DNA of 51,406 nucleotides from a virus. Positions 42,609 to 51,351 of this stretch are shown here, piece by piece. The notes beneath the pieces are model-generated. The model made no database searches. It saw nothing but the letters and a program-made list of their open reading frames with translations, and was not told the DNA's origin. Within the stretch, counting starts at the first letter, position 1, and each line of letters begins with the position of its first letter. Position numbers and translations under genes: made by a program. The stretch covers positions 1-51,406 of IMG/VR virus record IMGVR_UViG_3300027606_000001, one strand, 5' to 3'.

Positions 42609-43141
42609 GAGGCGTCAACAAAGTCATCCTGGTCGGCACCTGCGGCCAGGACCCTGAGGTCCGCTACACGCCAAACGGCAATGCGGTCACCAATCTTAGC
42701 TTGGCCACCAGCGAGGCCTGGACCGATAAGCAGACAGGCCAGAAGGTCGAGAAGACCGAATGGCACCGGGTGGTACTGTTTGGCAAGGTCGCAGAGATCG
42801 CTGGCGAGTATCTGCGTAAAGGGTCGCAGTGCTACATCGAAGGCAAGCTCAAGACCCGTGAATGGGAAAAGGACGGCATAAAGCGGTACAGCACCGAGGT
42901 GCACGTCGACATCAACGGCACCATGCAGCTGCTGGGCGGCCGGCCTGAAAACCAGGGCGGTGGTCAGCAGCAACAACAGCGGCAGCCTCAACAACAGAGG
43001 CAACAGCGTCAACAGCCTCGCCAGCAGCATAACTACAACCAGAATGACAACTATGGACAGCAGAGCCAGCAGTCGGCGCCGCCAGATAACTTCGACGACG
43101 ACATACCGTTCGCCCCGCTCCACCACCTCGCAGGTGCATAG
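42605..43141 (+). CDS. ssb: Single-stranded DNA-binding protein with a 9-aa extension after the DDDIPF tip
   Basis: [25 protein letters not shown] is the OB fold; followed by a Gln-rich linker, then [15 protein letters not shown]-stop. Confidence 0.9.
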   Translation: MRGVNKVILVGTCGQDPEVRYTPNGNAVTNLSLATSEAWTDKQTGQKVEKTEWHRVVLFGKVAEIAGEYLRKGSQCYIEGKLKTREWEKDGIKRYSTEVHVDINGTMQLLGGRPENQGGGQQQQQRQPQQQRQQRQQPRQQHNYNQNDNYGQQSQQSAPPDNFDDDIPFAPLHHLAGA

Positions 43142-43143
43142 CC

Positions 43144-43332
43144 ATGCCGCTCGCAACCATCCTAGATCTGCTCCAGCGCCGAAAGGAACTGGAGCAGCAC
43201 CTGCAGCTGCTGTTCAGCCGCAGCTGCCAATGGGGCCGTGCCGAACGAGTGCGCGGCTCTTCCACCATCGAGAACCTGACCCAGCAACTGGTCGAGGTCA
43301 CCGAGCAGCTCGACGCGGCGCGCGCGGCATGA
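43144..43332 (+). CDS. Hypothetical small protein (62 aa)
   Basis: ORF track; starts 2 nt after the ssb stop. Confidence 0.5.
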   Translation: MPLATILDLLQRRKELEQHLQLLFSRSCQWGRAERVRGSSTIENLTQQLVEVTEQLDAARAA

Positions 43333-43413
43333 GACGGATCAACAACCTGGTCCGCCAGCGCCGCCGGCAAGAACAGTTCCACCTGCCGCCCAGCGGCCTA
43401 CTGGAGCACAGAC

Positions 43414-43779
43414 ATGCAAAAAGCACCTTCTGGAGTGGTAACCCTTCCGGCCTGGCTGAATCGGCCGGTCAAGAAGCTGTACAACACCCGAAGCGGCGGC
43501 CAGTACCGTGCTGACGAAGTAGCTCTGGCCTTCGCGCTGAGCCTGCGCGAGCACGACAGCGCCGATCACCTGCGCAGGCTGGCCCGGCGTCTGGTCGATA
43601 AAGTCTGCCTTGAGCACCAGCCGAACATGAAGCGCCTGGCCCGCGAGCCTGACGACGCCAAGGTGTTCGAAGCCGCGCTCAAGATCATCAACCGGGTGTG
43701 CGACCTGCTGGAGTACGCCCCGGGCACCCGCTTTGTGCGCAATGGAGGCAATGATGGCTCTGACGCAGCAGCAGCGTGA
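43414..43779 (+). CDS. Hypothetical protein (121 aa)
   Basis: SD ggag upstream; GC-rich third positions. Confidence 0.6.
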   Translation: MQKAPSGVVTLPAWLNRPVKKLYNTRSGGQYRADEVALAFALSLREHDSADHLRRLARRLVDKVCLEHQPNMKRLAREPDDAKVFEAALKIINRVCDLLEYAPGTRFVRNGGNDGSDAAAA

Positions 43780-44113
43780 CGCGAAGCGCAGGGCCAAGGA
43801 TGCCAAGGCCAAGTTCGAAGACCTGCGGATGAAAGCAGGCGAAGGCACCCGCCAGGCCCTGGCCGAGATCATGCAATGGGCCGATGTCGAGGAAAACGGC
43901 GAGGCTATGACCCTGCTGATCCACCGCATCCATGAATTAGGGCCTGAAGCGGCCCGCCACTTCCTCAGTGCGCCGCGCCACGAAATCGTTGTTTCGGATC
44001 TTGTGGCGCGCCGTCTCGACAAATTCCGCATTGGGCGCGAGCTTCGCGCTCCCGACCTGGTGCTGGGCGACGACCCAGACGATACCGGCCTGTTGCTGAT
44101 CGGCAACGCCTGA
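43754..44113 (+). CDS. Hypothetical protein (119 aa)
   Basis: SD ggagg 5 nt upstream of ATG 43754; contains palindromic element copy d. Confidence 0.55.
   Translation: MALTQQQRDAKRRAKDAKAKFEDLRMKAGEGTRQALAEIMQWADVEENGEAMTLLIHRIHELGPEAARHFLSAPRHEIVVSDLVARRLDKFRIGRELRAPDLVLGDDPDDTGLLLIGNA
43975..44009. repeat. Palindromic element copy d (GCGCCAC-N21-GTGGCGC)
   Basis: gcgccacgaaatcgttgtttcggatcttgtggcgc. Confidence 0.8.
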
Positions 44114-44174
44114 AACCACCTAATACCACCATGCCGCCACCAGCACGGAGGGCGGCGCATGCATGGAGAAAGCC

Positions 44175-44813
44175 ATGAGCAGAAAGCCGAAAGCTGACCC
44201 AGCGCCACGCAAGGTGTTGGCCTACACCGTCGAAACCAACGACCCTGAGGAATCCACGATCCAGTTCGCCACGTCGAACGCTGCAGCCAGGCGCCAGGGC
44301 GCGGAAGAGATCGGGGCCGACTTCGGTGACGTGTCATGCCGCCGTGCGCAATGGGCGGATCAGTATGCCGATCAGCCCTTCATCCCTGCCCAGGCCTACA
44401 TCGATGCCGGCTGGTGGTTCGACTGCAACCACTGCGGCACGAGGTGCGACAGCGATGCCAGCCACTGGGACGAAGAAGCTGAAACCGATATCCCTCTGGA
44501 CCTGGTGTTCGACGGTCGCGTCGTCTATTGCTCGGCGGAATGCAAGGAAGGCCACGAGAGCGAGGTGGCGGCACGCAACGCCAGGTTCGAAAAGTTCAAG
44601 GAGCGCGTCGTTGCAGCCAGGCCCGGCGTCACCTTCACCGAGTTCACTGGTGGATACCCGTACTGCGGAGACGGCGCAAGATTCACCTTCCCCGGCGCCC
44701 AGTACGGCGGCTCGGTCAGCGAAGCCGAGGATGGCCATGGCCTGAAGTGGTTTGTGGCCCAGGGCGACAAAGCCGCCTGGGACTACTTCATCGCCGAAAA
44801 GCCTGCCGCCTGA
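44175..44813 (+). CDS. Hypothetical Cys-rich protein (212 aa)
   Basis: SD ggagaa upstream of ATG 44175; CNHCGTRC...CSAEC are zinc-binding-like motifs. Confidence 0.6.
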   Translation: MSRKPKADPAPRKVLAYTVETNDPEESTIQFATSNAAARRQGAEEIGADFGDVSCRRAQWADQYADQPFIPAQAYIDAGWWFDCNHCGTRCDSDASHWDEEAETDIPLDLVFDGRVVYCSAECKEGHESEVAARNARFEKFKERVVAARPGVTFTEFTGGYPYCGDGARFTFPGAQYGGSVSEAEDGHGLKWFVAQGDKAAWDYFIAEKPAA

Positions 44814-44880
44814 CCCTCCGGCGCTGCCCACCAGCGCCTTCCCCTATTCAACGATAACGCCTCCCCGGCGAGGGACGACT

Positions 44881-45558
44881 ATGCCCGAGAAAAACATCGC
44901 GATCTTCCTGTGTGATCTGACCGGAGTCATGGCCGCCCCATGGGTAGAGGCTGGCTACCACGCAATTCTGGTAGATCCTCAGCATCCAGAAGGCGTGCAC
45001 GATACCGACGACCTCACCAAGGTCGGCCACATTATCGACCACCCGATTACCTGGTCTGTGATCAGCCAGGCGCTGAGCACTGGGCGGGTGAAATTCGTTG
45101 GCGGATTCCCACCGTGCACCGACTTAGCTGTGAGTGGCGCTCGATGGTTCGAGACAAAGCGCGAAGCCGACCCTGCATTCCAGTTCAAGGCAATGCACGT
45201 TGTCTGGCAGTGCCAAATCATCGGCGAGCTGTCCGGAGCTCCATGGTTCGCTGAGAACCCGGTGAGCCAGATCAGCAGCCTCTGGCGTAAGCCAGATCAC
45301 ATATTCAGCCCAGAACAGTTCACCGGTTTCTGCGCAGAGGACAACTACACGAAGAAGACCTGCCTGTGGACAGGGGGGGGCTTCGTGATGCCGGAGCAGT
45401 TCAGAGATGACTCGCTTGGCGCGCCCGACGACCGCATCCACAAATGCCCGCCTGGGGCTGAGCGGGCAAACATCCGCAGCGCCACACCGGCGGGATTCGC
45501 CCGGGCTGTATTTCTTGCCAATCACCGACCGGCGGCAGCCAAAGCCATCGCCGCATAG
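44881..45558 (+). CDS. Compact DNA C5-methyltransferase-like protein (225 aa)
   Basis: GGFPPCTDLAVSG is like the motif IV PC dipeptide, and FAENPV is like the motif VI ENV; no obvious target-recognition domain. Confidence 0.5.
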   Translation: MPEKNIAIFLCDLTGVMAAPWVEAGYHAILVDPQHPEGVHDTDDLTKVGHIIDHPITWSVISQALSTGRVKFVGGFPPCTDLAVSGARWFETKREADPAFQFKAMHVVWQCQIIGELSGAPWFAENPVSQISSLWRKPDHIFSPEQFTGFCAEDNYTKKTCLWTGGGFVMPEQFRDDSLGAPDDRIHKCPPGAERANIRSATPAGFARAVFLANHRPAAAKAIAA

Positions 45559-45587
45559 TCAGCGCCAGCCCGGCGCATGGAGATCGC

Positions 45588-45896
45588 ATGAGCATCCCAC
45601 TAAATGCCCTGAAGGAAGATGAGCTTCTGCACTACGCCGCACTCGACCCAGGCGCCGCAGCGGAGCTTGCACGGCGTATCGCGGATCAAGGCATGGACCC
45701 AAGCGCCAACGCCGAGAGCCTGCGCGAGGAAATTCGCACCCTGGAAAGCCAGCTCGAAGACGAATCGAATGACGCCGATGAGCTGCGCGACAACGCCGAG
45801 GATGCCTGCCGCTGGATCCGGCGCGCACTCGACCCCGATGACCGCGAGCTTTCGGTTGAGCAGCTGCTCCAGAAAGCCCTGGACTGCCTGGAGTGA
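45588..45896 (+). CDS. Hypothetical acidic protein (102 aa)
   Basis: ORF track; good codon style. Confidence 0.55.
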   Translation: MSIPLNALKEDELLHYAALDPGAAAELARRIADQGMDPSANAESLREEIRTLESQLEDESNDADELRDNAEDACRWIRRALDPDDRELSVEQLLQKALDCLE

Positions 45897-45899
45897 GCC

Positions 45900-46286
45900 A
45901 TGAGCACGTTCGCAGTTTTTGGCATGACCGCCGCCCAGGCGCTTGCCGACGCACGCAAGAGCACCAAAAACACCAAGCCCAGCGGAAAGCAAGGGGTGCC
46001 GCCAGTTGAGATCACTCTTGAAGAGTGGCTTGAAGCTGTTCAGCGCAATGCTGACGCCACCATGGCCGGAGTGAAGGTCAAGCAGCTAAGCACCCTGTTC
46101 GACACCCCGCAGCACGCGAGGCAGTTCATCGAGCTGGCAAAAAAGGCCGGCGCATGCCGCGACCTCAAGATCCGCTGCAAAGCAGCCCTGCTCGACGAGA
46201 AGGGCAAGAAGATCCTCAGTCCAAAGACCAGAATGCCCGTTATCGGCTGGGCGGACTGGACACCCGAAAGCCACGAGGCCGCCTGA
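45900..46286 (+). CDS. Hypothetical protein (128 aa)
   Basis: ORF track. Confidence 0.55.
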   Translation: MSTFAVFGMTAAQALADARKSTKNTKPSGKQGVPPVEITLEEWLEAVQRNADATMAGVKVKQLSTLFDTPQHARQFIELAKKAGACRDLKIRCKAALLDEKGKKILSPKTRMPVIGWADWTPESHEAA

Positions 46287-46299
46287 GCCGGAGCTACCC

Positions 46300-46797
46300 A
46301 TGCCCACAGAAAACCGATCCAGCAACACAGAGATGGTCAGCGTGCCGAAAGTGCGCGCCGAACTGCTCATCAACCTGCTGGCCGAAGTGGCCAGAACTGC
46401 GCACTGGCTGGCCGATAACAGCGAGGATTGCGGGGACGAAGGCATTGACTGCCAGCGAGTCGACTTCGAGGCCTTGAGCGACGCCCTGGGCAAGTGTGAA
46501 GAACTGCCGGAGCTGCCTGATAGCGTGTACGTGCGCGACGGCTGGCTGCGTGCTGCTGATGAGCTGCGCGCCCTACTGGCTCAGCCAGCCGAGCAGCACC
46601 AGGACGAGCCAGTGGTGCGTGATGAGCGGGCGGAGTTCGAGGCATGCATCCGCCGTGAATGGCCGATGGCGCCGATCAGCCGTAAGCGCGACCTGCTGCC
46701 GAAGGACGACCCCTGCTACGGCGACTACTGCGACGAACCACTGCAACGCGCCTGGGTAGGCTGGCAGATGCGTGCCGCCCTGGAGCGCAAGCCATGA
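46300..46797 (+). CDS. Hypothetical protein (165 aa)
   Basis: ORF track. Confidence 0.55.
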   Translation: MPTENRSSNTEMVSVPKVRAELLINLLAEVARTAHWLADNSEDCGDEGIDCQRVDFEALSDALGKCEELPELPDSVYVRDGWLRAADELRALLAQPAEQHQDEPVVRDERAEFEACIRREWPMAPISRKRDLLPKDDPCYGDYCDEPLQRAWVGWQMRAALERKP

Positions 46798-47186
46798 GCC
46801 TCCAGCGCAAACTGAATGAACGCGAACGCATGGCCTATTCAACCATTGCTCAGCTTGAGCAGAGGGTGGCTCAACTTCAGGCTGACCTCTCGGCTCGCGA
46901 CCAACGCATCGACCAGCTGGAGAATGGAGAACTCGCCTGGATGGACCCGCGCCGCGCCAAGGTCTTTGCCGATGGTCGCAACGCAGGGCTGAACGAGGCA
47001 TCAGAACTGTGCAGCCGCATGGGCTGGGCCGCCTACTTCCCGCCTGGCACCCGATACCGCGCCTTTGTGCCTAAGAGCCGAACCGCCCTGGGTGACCTGC
47101 TGATCGAGGCTGCCAACGCCATCGCCGGCTTGCCTGACGGACCATACGAGCGCTTCAAGGCACGCCAGGCCAAGAAGAAACCCTGA
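46794..47186 (+). CDS. Hypothetical protein (130 aa)
   Basis: ATGA overlap with the upstream gene. Confidence 0.55.
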   Translation: MSLQRKLNERERMAYSTIAQLEQRVAQLQADLSARDQRIDQLENGELAWMDPRRAKVFADGRNAGLNEASELCSRMGWAAYFPPGTRYRAFVPKSRTALGDLLIEAANAIAGLPDGPYERFKARQAKKKP

Positions 47187-47243
47187 CTGGAGCACATTTG
47201 TACTCCTGACGCTGTAACCCCTCTCCCCCTCTATTCACTGCCG

Positions 47244-47468
47244 CTAGGTTGTCTCAATACCTTCGTCGTGGCTGCTGGCGGCATCGACTTGCACGGCAGC
47301 GAACCGCATCCACTCCTCAAATGCGATTCGGTGCGAGCGGCACGTTTCCTCCCAGTCAACCCCGCTCATTCGTCCGTAGGCGATTTGATTCATGGTTTCG
47401 GAAATCTGGGAATCAAGCTCTTTCAGAAGCTTGTAGGCCTGGTAGCGACCTTCTTTGGCGCTAGGCAT
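47244..47468 (-). CDS. Hypothetical small protein (74 aa) on the opposite strand to the early-left operon
   Basis: SD aaggtgag upstream of ATG 47468; A/T-richer than its flanks. Confidence 0.5.
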   Translation of the reverse strand: MPSAKEGRYQAYKLLKELDSQISETMNQIAYGRMSGVDWEETCRSHRIAFEEWMRFAAVQVDAASSHDEGIETT

Positions 47469-47591
47469 ATAGCTCACCTTTTTGGTGGATGAATGAGCTA
47501 TCAGCTTCAACGGCTCATGCGGTGGACCTCCCCACCAGCTTTTAAATCCCTGCGGTTTTAACCATCGCCGAGAATTCGGCAGGAGTATCTC

Positions 47592-47921
47592 ATGCCTGAG
47601 GAAATCAAACTGATCCAGCCGGCGCCGGTCGTGCGCGATGAATATGGAATGTTCCAACACCCCGACCTGCCCGACTTCGACGAGGGCGACGGCGAGAAGT
47701 GTAAGGCCTGGGTCGCACAGCAGGGCCTGCAGCTCACCATGTTCCACCTGGAGACCGACACACCGGAGGACATCGCAGAACGCTACTTCGAGTCTGGCGA
47801 CCCAGATTGCAGCTACTGGAATCCCAGCAAGCCAGATGGCGATGGCTGGTTCTGCCTGGCCATCCACGACACCGACGACGGGCCATCTTGCTGGTGGGGC
47901 CGTCGAGTGGTGACACCATGA
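47592..47921 (+). CDS. Hypothetical acidic protein (109 aa)
   Basis: SD caggag upstream. Confidence 0.55.
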   Translation: MPEEIKLIQPAPVVRDEYGMFQHPDLPDFDEGDGEKCKAWVAQQGLQLTMFHLETDTPEDIAERYFESGDPDCSYWNPSKPDGDGWFCLAIHDTDDGPSCWWGRRVVTP

Positions 47922-48196
47922 CCCGCCTCGCCCTCTGCCTCCTGCTGCTTGCCACCGGCGCCAGCGCAGATCCAATCGTGCTCGAGCGCTTAATCCCGAG
48001 CGGCCTATCCCGGTACGACGACGTTGAACGCGGCGTCACCTGCTGGATGACCGGTATGGGTTCTGGCATCAGCTGCCTGCCAATGCGCGATCGCCAGGCC
48101 GGCAACCAGCGCCAGCTCTCCCCGCACGAAACACAACCCGAACCTACACCCGCACTGGCGCCTGGGCGCTGGATTGATGAGAGGTATCAGCTGTGA
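47918..48196 (+). CDS. Secreted small protein (92 aa, signal peptide)
   Basis: MTRLALCLLLLATGASADP is signal-peptide-like; ATGA overlap. Confidence 0.55.
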   Translation: MTRLALCLLLLATGASADPIVLERLIPSGLSRYDDVERGVTCWMTGMGSGISCLPMRDRQAGNQRQLSPHETQPEPTPALAPGRWIDERYQL

Positions 48197-48681
48197 GCGC
48201 AATAATCAGCCCTTGCGGGCTATACCGCTACCGCCTCGAGCGCGAGGTGCAGGACGAGGGCAAGGTTTTCGCCTTCTTCGGTATCAACCCGAGCACGGCA
48301 GACGCCACCCTGGACGACGCCACCGTGCGCAAGTGGCGCGGATTTACCCAGCGCAACGGAGGCCGGAGCTTTATCGTCGGCAACGTATTCAGCTACCGGG
48401 CGACCGATGTGCGCCAGCTGGCGAAAGTGCCATTCCAGCAAGGGCCCCAGCACTTCACGCATCTGCAGCAGATCATCGCCGATGCCGACGTGCTGGTACC
48501 GTGCTGGGGCGCCAGCGGAAAAGTGCCAGCCGAGATACGACAACAGGTAGAAATTCTGCTTGAGCACCTTCTCCGCACCGGGAAGCCGGTGATGCACTTC
48601 GGCCTGACCGCTAGTGGCGACCCGAAGCACCCATTGATGCTGGGCTATGACACTCCACTGATCCCGTGGGTGCAGCCATGA
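48193..48681 (+). CDS. DUF1643-like protein
   Basis: CGLYRYRLEREV...FFGINPSTADATLDDATVRKW matches my recollection of the DUF1643 N-terminal signature. Confidence 0.65.
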   Translation: MSAIISPCGLYRYRLEREVQDEGKVFAFFGINPSTADATLDDATVRKWRGFTQRNGGRSFIVGNVFSYRATDVRQLAKVPFQQGPQHFTHLQQIIADADVLVPCWGASGKVPAEIRQQVEILLEHLLRTGKPVMHFGLTASGDPKHPLMLGYDTPLIPWVQP

Positions 48682-49070
48682 CCGACCTGATCGAAGTGAA
48701 GACGGCTGAGCTGACCGGCGAAGCCCTGGGCTGGGCGGTCGGGATCGCTGAAGGCCTGGACCTTATCCTGGTGCATCCGGAGTACGGCAACCCCTGGCGG
48801 GTGTTCGCCCGGCACCAGGCTACGGCCACCGAGTACACCAAGCGCTACAACCCGTGGGAAGACTGGGCGCTGGGCGGGCCACTGATCGAGAAGCATGTGC
48901 GGCTGATCGAAGCCACTGCCTCAAGCGAAGTTGCCAGCGCTGTGTGGTGCCCAGTAGCAGAGCGCGAAGGTGAAGGCTGGGGAGGAACAGTTCTGACTTC
49001 TTCGATGCTCGCAATCGTCGCCGCCAAGCTCGGCAATACCGTACAGGTGCCCAAGGAGCTGATGCCATGA
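48678..49070 (+). CDS. DUF2591 (NinX-like) protein
   Basis: MTDLIEVKTAELTGEALGWAVGIAEG is typical of phage DUF2591 proteins (recall). Confidence 0.55.
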   Translation: MTDLIEVKTAELTGEALGWAVGIAEGLDLILVHPEYGNPWRVFARHQATATEYTKRYNPWEDWALGGPLIEKHVRLIEATASSEVASAVWCPVAEREGEGWGGTVLTSSMLAIVAAKLGNTVQVPKELMP

Positions 49071-49113
49071 TCGCCCTCGCCTACATGGCCTACCTGATCT
49101 ATCGGGCACCGCG

Positions 49114-49305
49114 ATGATCCCGCATAAAGGCTGGCTACGGCGCCAGCTCGAGTCGGCGCTGATCCTACTGGCCGCCTGGATCCTTGGCGGCCGCAACGTC
49201 ACCAGGTCCGGGGTTGTCTCGCGCCGTGACAACAATGAGATGTTCGAGATGGACGGCGACCTACGCGCCATCGCCAGCCGCATACGCAGGCAGTACAGCG
49301 AGTAA
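49114..49305 (+). CDS. Hypothetical small membrane-associated protein (63 aa)
   Basis: ORF track. Confidence 0.4.
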   Translation: MIPHKGWLRRQLESALILLAAWILGGRNVTRSGVVSRRDNNEMFEMDGDLRAIASRIRRQYSE

Positions 49306-49321
49306 CCCCTCCCCCAACTAC

Positions 49322-49492
49322 TCAAGCCCGCCGGCGAAATCCTGCAGCTAGTAGTACAAGGCCTGGCACCAACAAGCCAATCGCGGTGTAACCGAAAGCA
49401 GCCTGCCCAGATGCTCCGATAGCGGCGAATGCAGCGCCGATCGAAATCAGTGGCGCAGCAACGAAGTAGAACGGTTTGGCTGTCTTGCCCAT
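49322..49492 (-). CDS. 56-aa two-TM peptide (below the ORF-track cut-off)
   Basis: MGKTAKPFYFVAAPLISIGAAFAAIGASGQAAFGYTAIGLLVPGLVLLAAGFRRRA; strong SD aggagg 6 nt upstream. Confidence 0.55.
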   Translation of the reverse strand: MGKTAKPFYFVAAPLISIGAAFAAIGASGQAAFGYTAIGLLVPGLVLLAAGFRRRA

Positions 49493-49566
49493 ATCGATCC
49501 TCCTGTTTGATCAACCCTTTTAACACATGAGCCCGCCGACATGCGCGGGCATGGAGAGCTATTGCC

Positions 49567-49914
49567 ATGACGAAAAACATGCACACGCCAGGACCTTGGC
49601 TCATTGAAGGAGTCGTCCAAAACACCGGCTCGATATCGATCTGCGCAGGTCGGTTCGGAATTGCAGATGTAACGAATGCAGTGAGCGCAGGTGATCTGGT
49701 GCTCGGCAACTCGCCAAGGGCGCAAATGGCAAACGCCCAGCTGATCGCCGCGGCACCGGCCATTCTGGCCGACCTGATCGACGCTGCCGCCCAGCTGCGC
49801 AAGTACGAAACCCTGCACCGGGCCAAGGGCAACGCCGACAGCCTGGCCAAGGCCGAGGTCAACGCCGAGCTGGCCTCGCGATTCGAGCAGACCATCGCCC
49901 AGGCCACGGCCTGA
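49567..49914 (+). CDS. Hypothetical protein (115 aa)
   Basis: ORF track; SD ggagag. Confidence 0.55.
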   Translation: MTKNMHTPGPWLIEGVVQNTGSISICAGRFGIADVTNAVSAGDLVLGNSPRAQMANAQLIAAAPAILADLIDAAAQLRKYETLHRAKGNADSLAKAEVNAELASRFEQTIAQATA

Positions 49915-49953
49915 CCACCAACCTGCCGCCACCGGCGGCGTGGAGACCATCCC

Positions 49954-50190
49954 ATGGAACATGCAAGCGAGTTCCTCGACGAGGAAGAGGTGGCGCGAGT
50001 CACCGGCTTCCAGCTACCGAGCAAGCAAATCGCCTGGCTGGCCAACAATGGCTGGCAGTACACGCTCACCGGCGCCAGGCGACCAGTTGTAGGGCGGGTG
50101 TATGCCCGCCTGAAAATGGCCGGTGTGAAGCCCACGGCAACGAATGCCGCGGCGGAAACCTGGACTTTGGATCTATCGCGTGTGGGGTAA
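49954..50190 (+). CDS. DUF4224-type protein, excisionase candidate
   Basis: FLDEEEVARVTGFQLPSKQIAWLANNGW matches DUF4224-like proteins found upstream of integrases. Confidence 0.6.
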   Translation: MEHASEFLDEEEVARVTGFQLPSKQIAWLANNGWQYTLTGARRPVVGRVYARLKMAGVKPTATNAAAETWTLDLSRVG

Positions 50191-50193
50191 CAG

Positions 50194-51258
50194 ATGCGCA
50201 ACAGAAAGGCATCGAACAAGGACCTGCCGCCCAGGATGCTGCGGCGGGTCCGAAAGATGAAGAGCGGGAAATTGTGGGTTGGGTACTACTACGACGGGAG
50301 GGATGCAGACGGGAAGCGGAGGGAGGTACCGCTGGGGACTGACCTCGCTGAGGCCAAGCTGGAATGGGCGCGACTGGAACACAAGGCCGCGCCGAAGGTG
50401 ATGTCGACGATGGGCGAGCTGTTCAACCGGTACGAGCGGGACATTATCCCGACCAAGTCGCCGCGCACCCAGAAGGACAACATGTACGAGCTGGAGCGCC
50501 TGCGCAAAGCATTCGCCGAAGCCCCGATCGAGGCAATCACGCCGCCGGTTATTGCTCAGTACCGGGACGCACGAACTGCGAAAACACGGGCAAACCGGGA
50601 GATCGCCCTGCTGTCTCACGTGTTTACCATGTCCATGGAGTGGGGCTTCGCCGAACGCAACCCCTGCCTGGCAGTTCGTCGAAACAAGGAGAAGGTTCGC
50701 GACTTCTACGCTGCCGACGAGATCTGGGATGCCGTGTATGGCGAAGGTGACCAGGGACTCAAGGACGCTATGGACCTGGCCTACCTGGCCGGCCAGCGGC
50801 CTGCCGACACATTGAAGTTCAGCACCGTCGACCTCGACGAGGATTACCTGTGGGTCGACCAGAACAAGACCGACAAGAAGCTGCGGATTCGCCGGCACAT
50901 CGATGGCGTTCTGACCGGGCTTGGCCTGTTCATCGAGGCGCTGCTCGAGCGGCGCAAGTTGCAGGGCGTCCGCAACTCGCGCCTCATCACTAACGACTCC
51001 GGCCTGCGCATGAGCTGGGAGATGCTGAGGAACCGCTTCAGCGAAGCGCGGGACAAGGCAGCGAGAAAGCTAACCGCCGACGGCAACACCGATCTGGCCG
51101 CCAAGGTTCGGCAGTTCCAATTCCGTGACATCCGACCAAAGGCAGCCTCGGAAATTGAGGACATCAGCCAAGCGAGCAGGCTGCTTGGCCACTCCAAGGA
51201 GGACATCACAAAGCGGGTGTACCGCCGTGTCGGTGAAGTCGTCAGCCCAACCAAGTAG
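50194..51258 (+). CDS. int: Tyrosine integrase (lambda Int family)
   Basis: Arm-binding N-terminus; catalytic-domain motifs AYLAGQRPADTL, LLGHS and VYRR; adjacent to the att site. Confidence 0.9.
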   Translation: MRNRKASNKDLPPRMLRRVRKMKSGKLWVGYYYDGRDADGKRREVPLGTDLAEAKLEWARLEHKAAPKVMSTMGELFNRYERDIIPTKSPRTQKDNMYELERLRKAFAEAPIEAITPPVIAQYRDARTAKTRANREIALLSHVFTMSMEWGFAERNPCLAVRRNKEKVRDFYAADEIWDAVYGEGDQGLKDAMDLAYLAGQRPADTLKFSTVDLDEDYLWVDQNKTDKKLRIRRHIDGVLTGLGLFIEALLERRKLQGVRNSRLITNDSGLRMSWEMLRNRFSEARDKAARKLTADGNTDLAAKVRQFQFRDIRPKAASEIEDISQASRLLGHSKEDITKRVYRRVGEVVSPTK

Positions 51259-51317
51259 CAGGCTGATGCGGAAACGATGCCTGATTATGCGGAAACGATC
51301 TGCTTTTCTCGGCACAA

Positions 51318-51351
51318 AGAAAAACCCCGCAGACCTAGATCTGCGGGGTTT
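51318..51351 (-). terminator. Intrinsic terminator downstream of tRNA-Cys (also follows int on the plus strand)
   Basis: ccccgcaga-cctaga-tctgcgggg; the T-run is on the minus strand; the hairpin abuts the att repeat. Confidence 0.7.

Noticed and set aside
43329-43514. 61-aa ORF (MRRINNLVRQRRRQEQ...) with an ATGA overlap to the upstream gene
   Set aside because: Its second half overlaps the better-supported 43414 gene and loses codon bias there. A very short basic peptide or leader cannot be excluded.
49067-49117. 16-aa mini-ORF (MIALAYMAYLIYRAPR) coupled on both sides by ATGA
   Set aside because: It is too short to support from sequence alone. It may simply be a coupling spacer.
48921-50219. 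432-aa minus-strand ORF spanning several plus-strand genes
   Set aside because: It overlaps five independently supported genes with SDs and coupling overlaps. The composition is Arg/Ser/Ala-rich noise.
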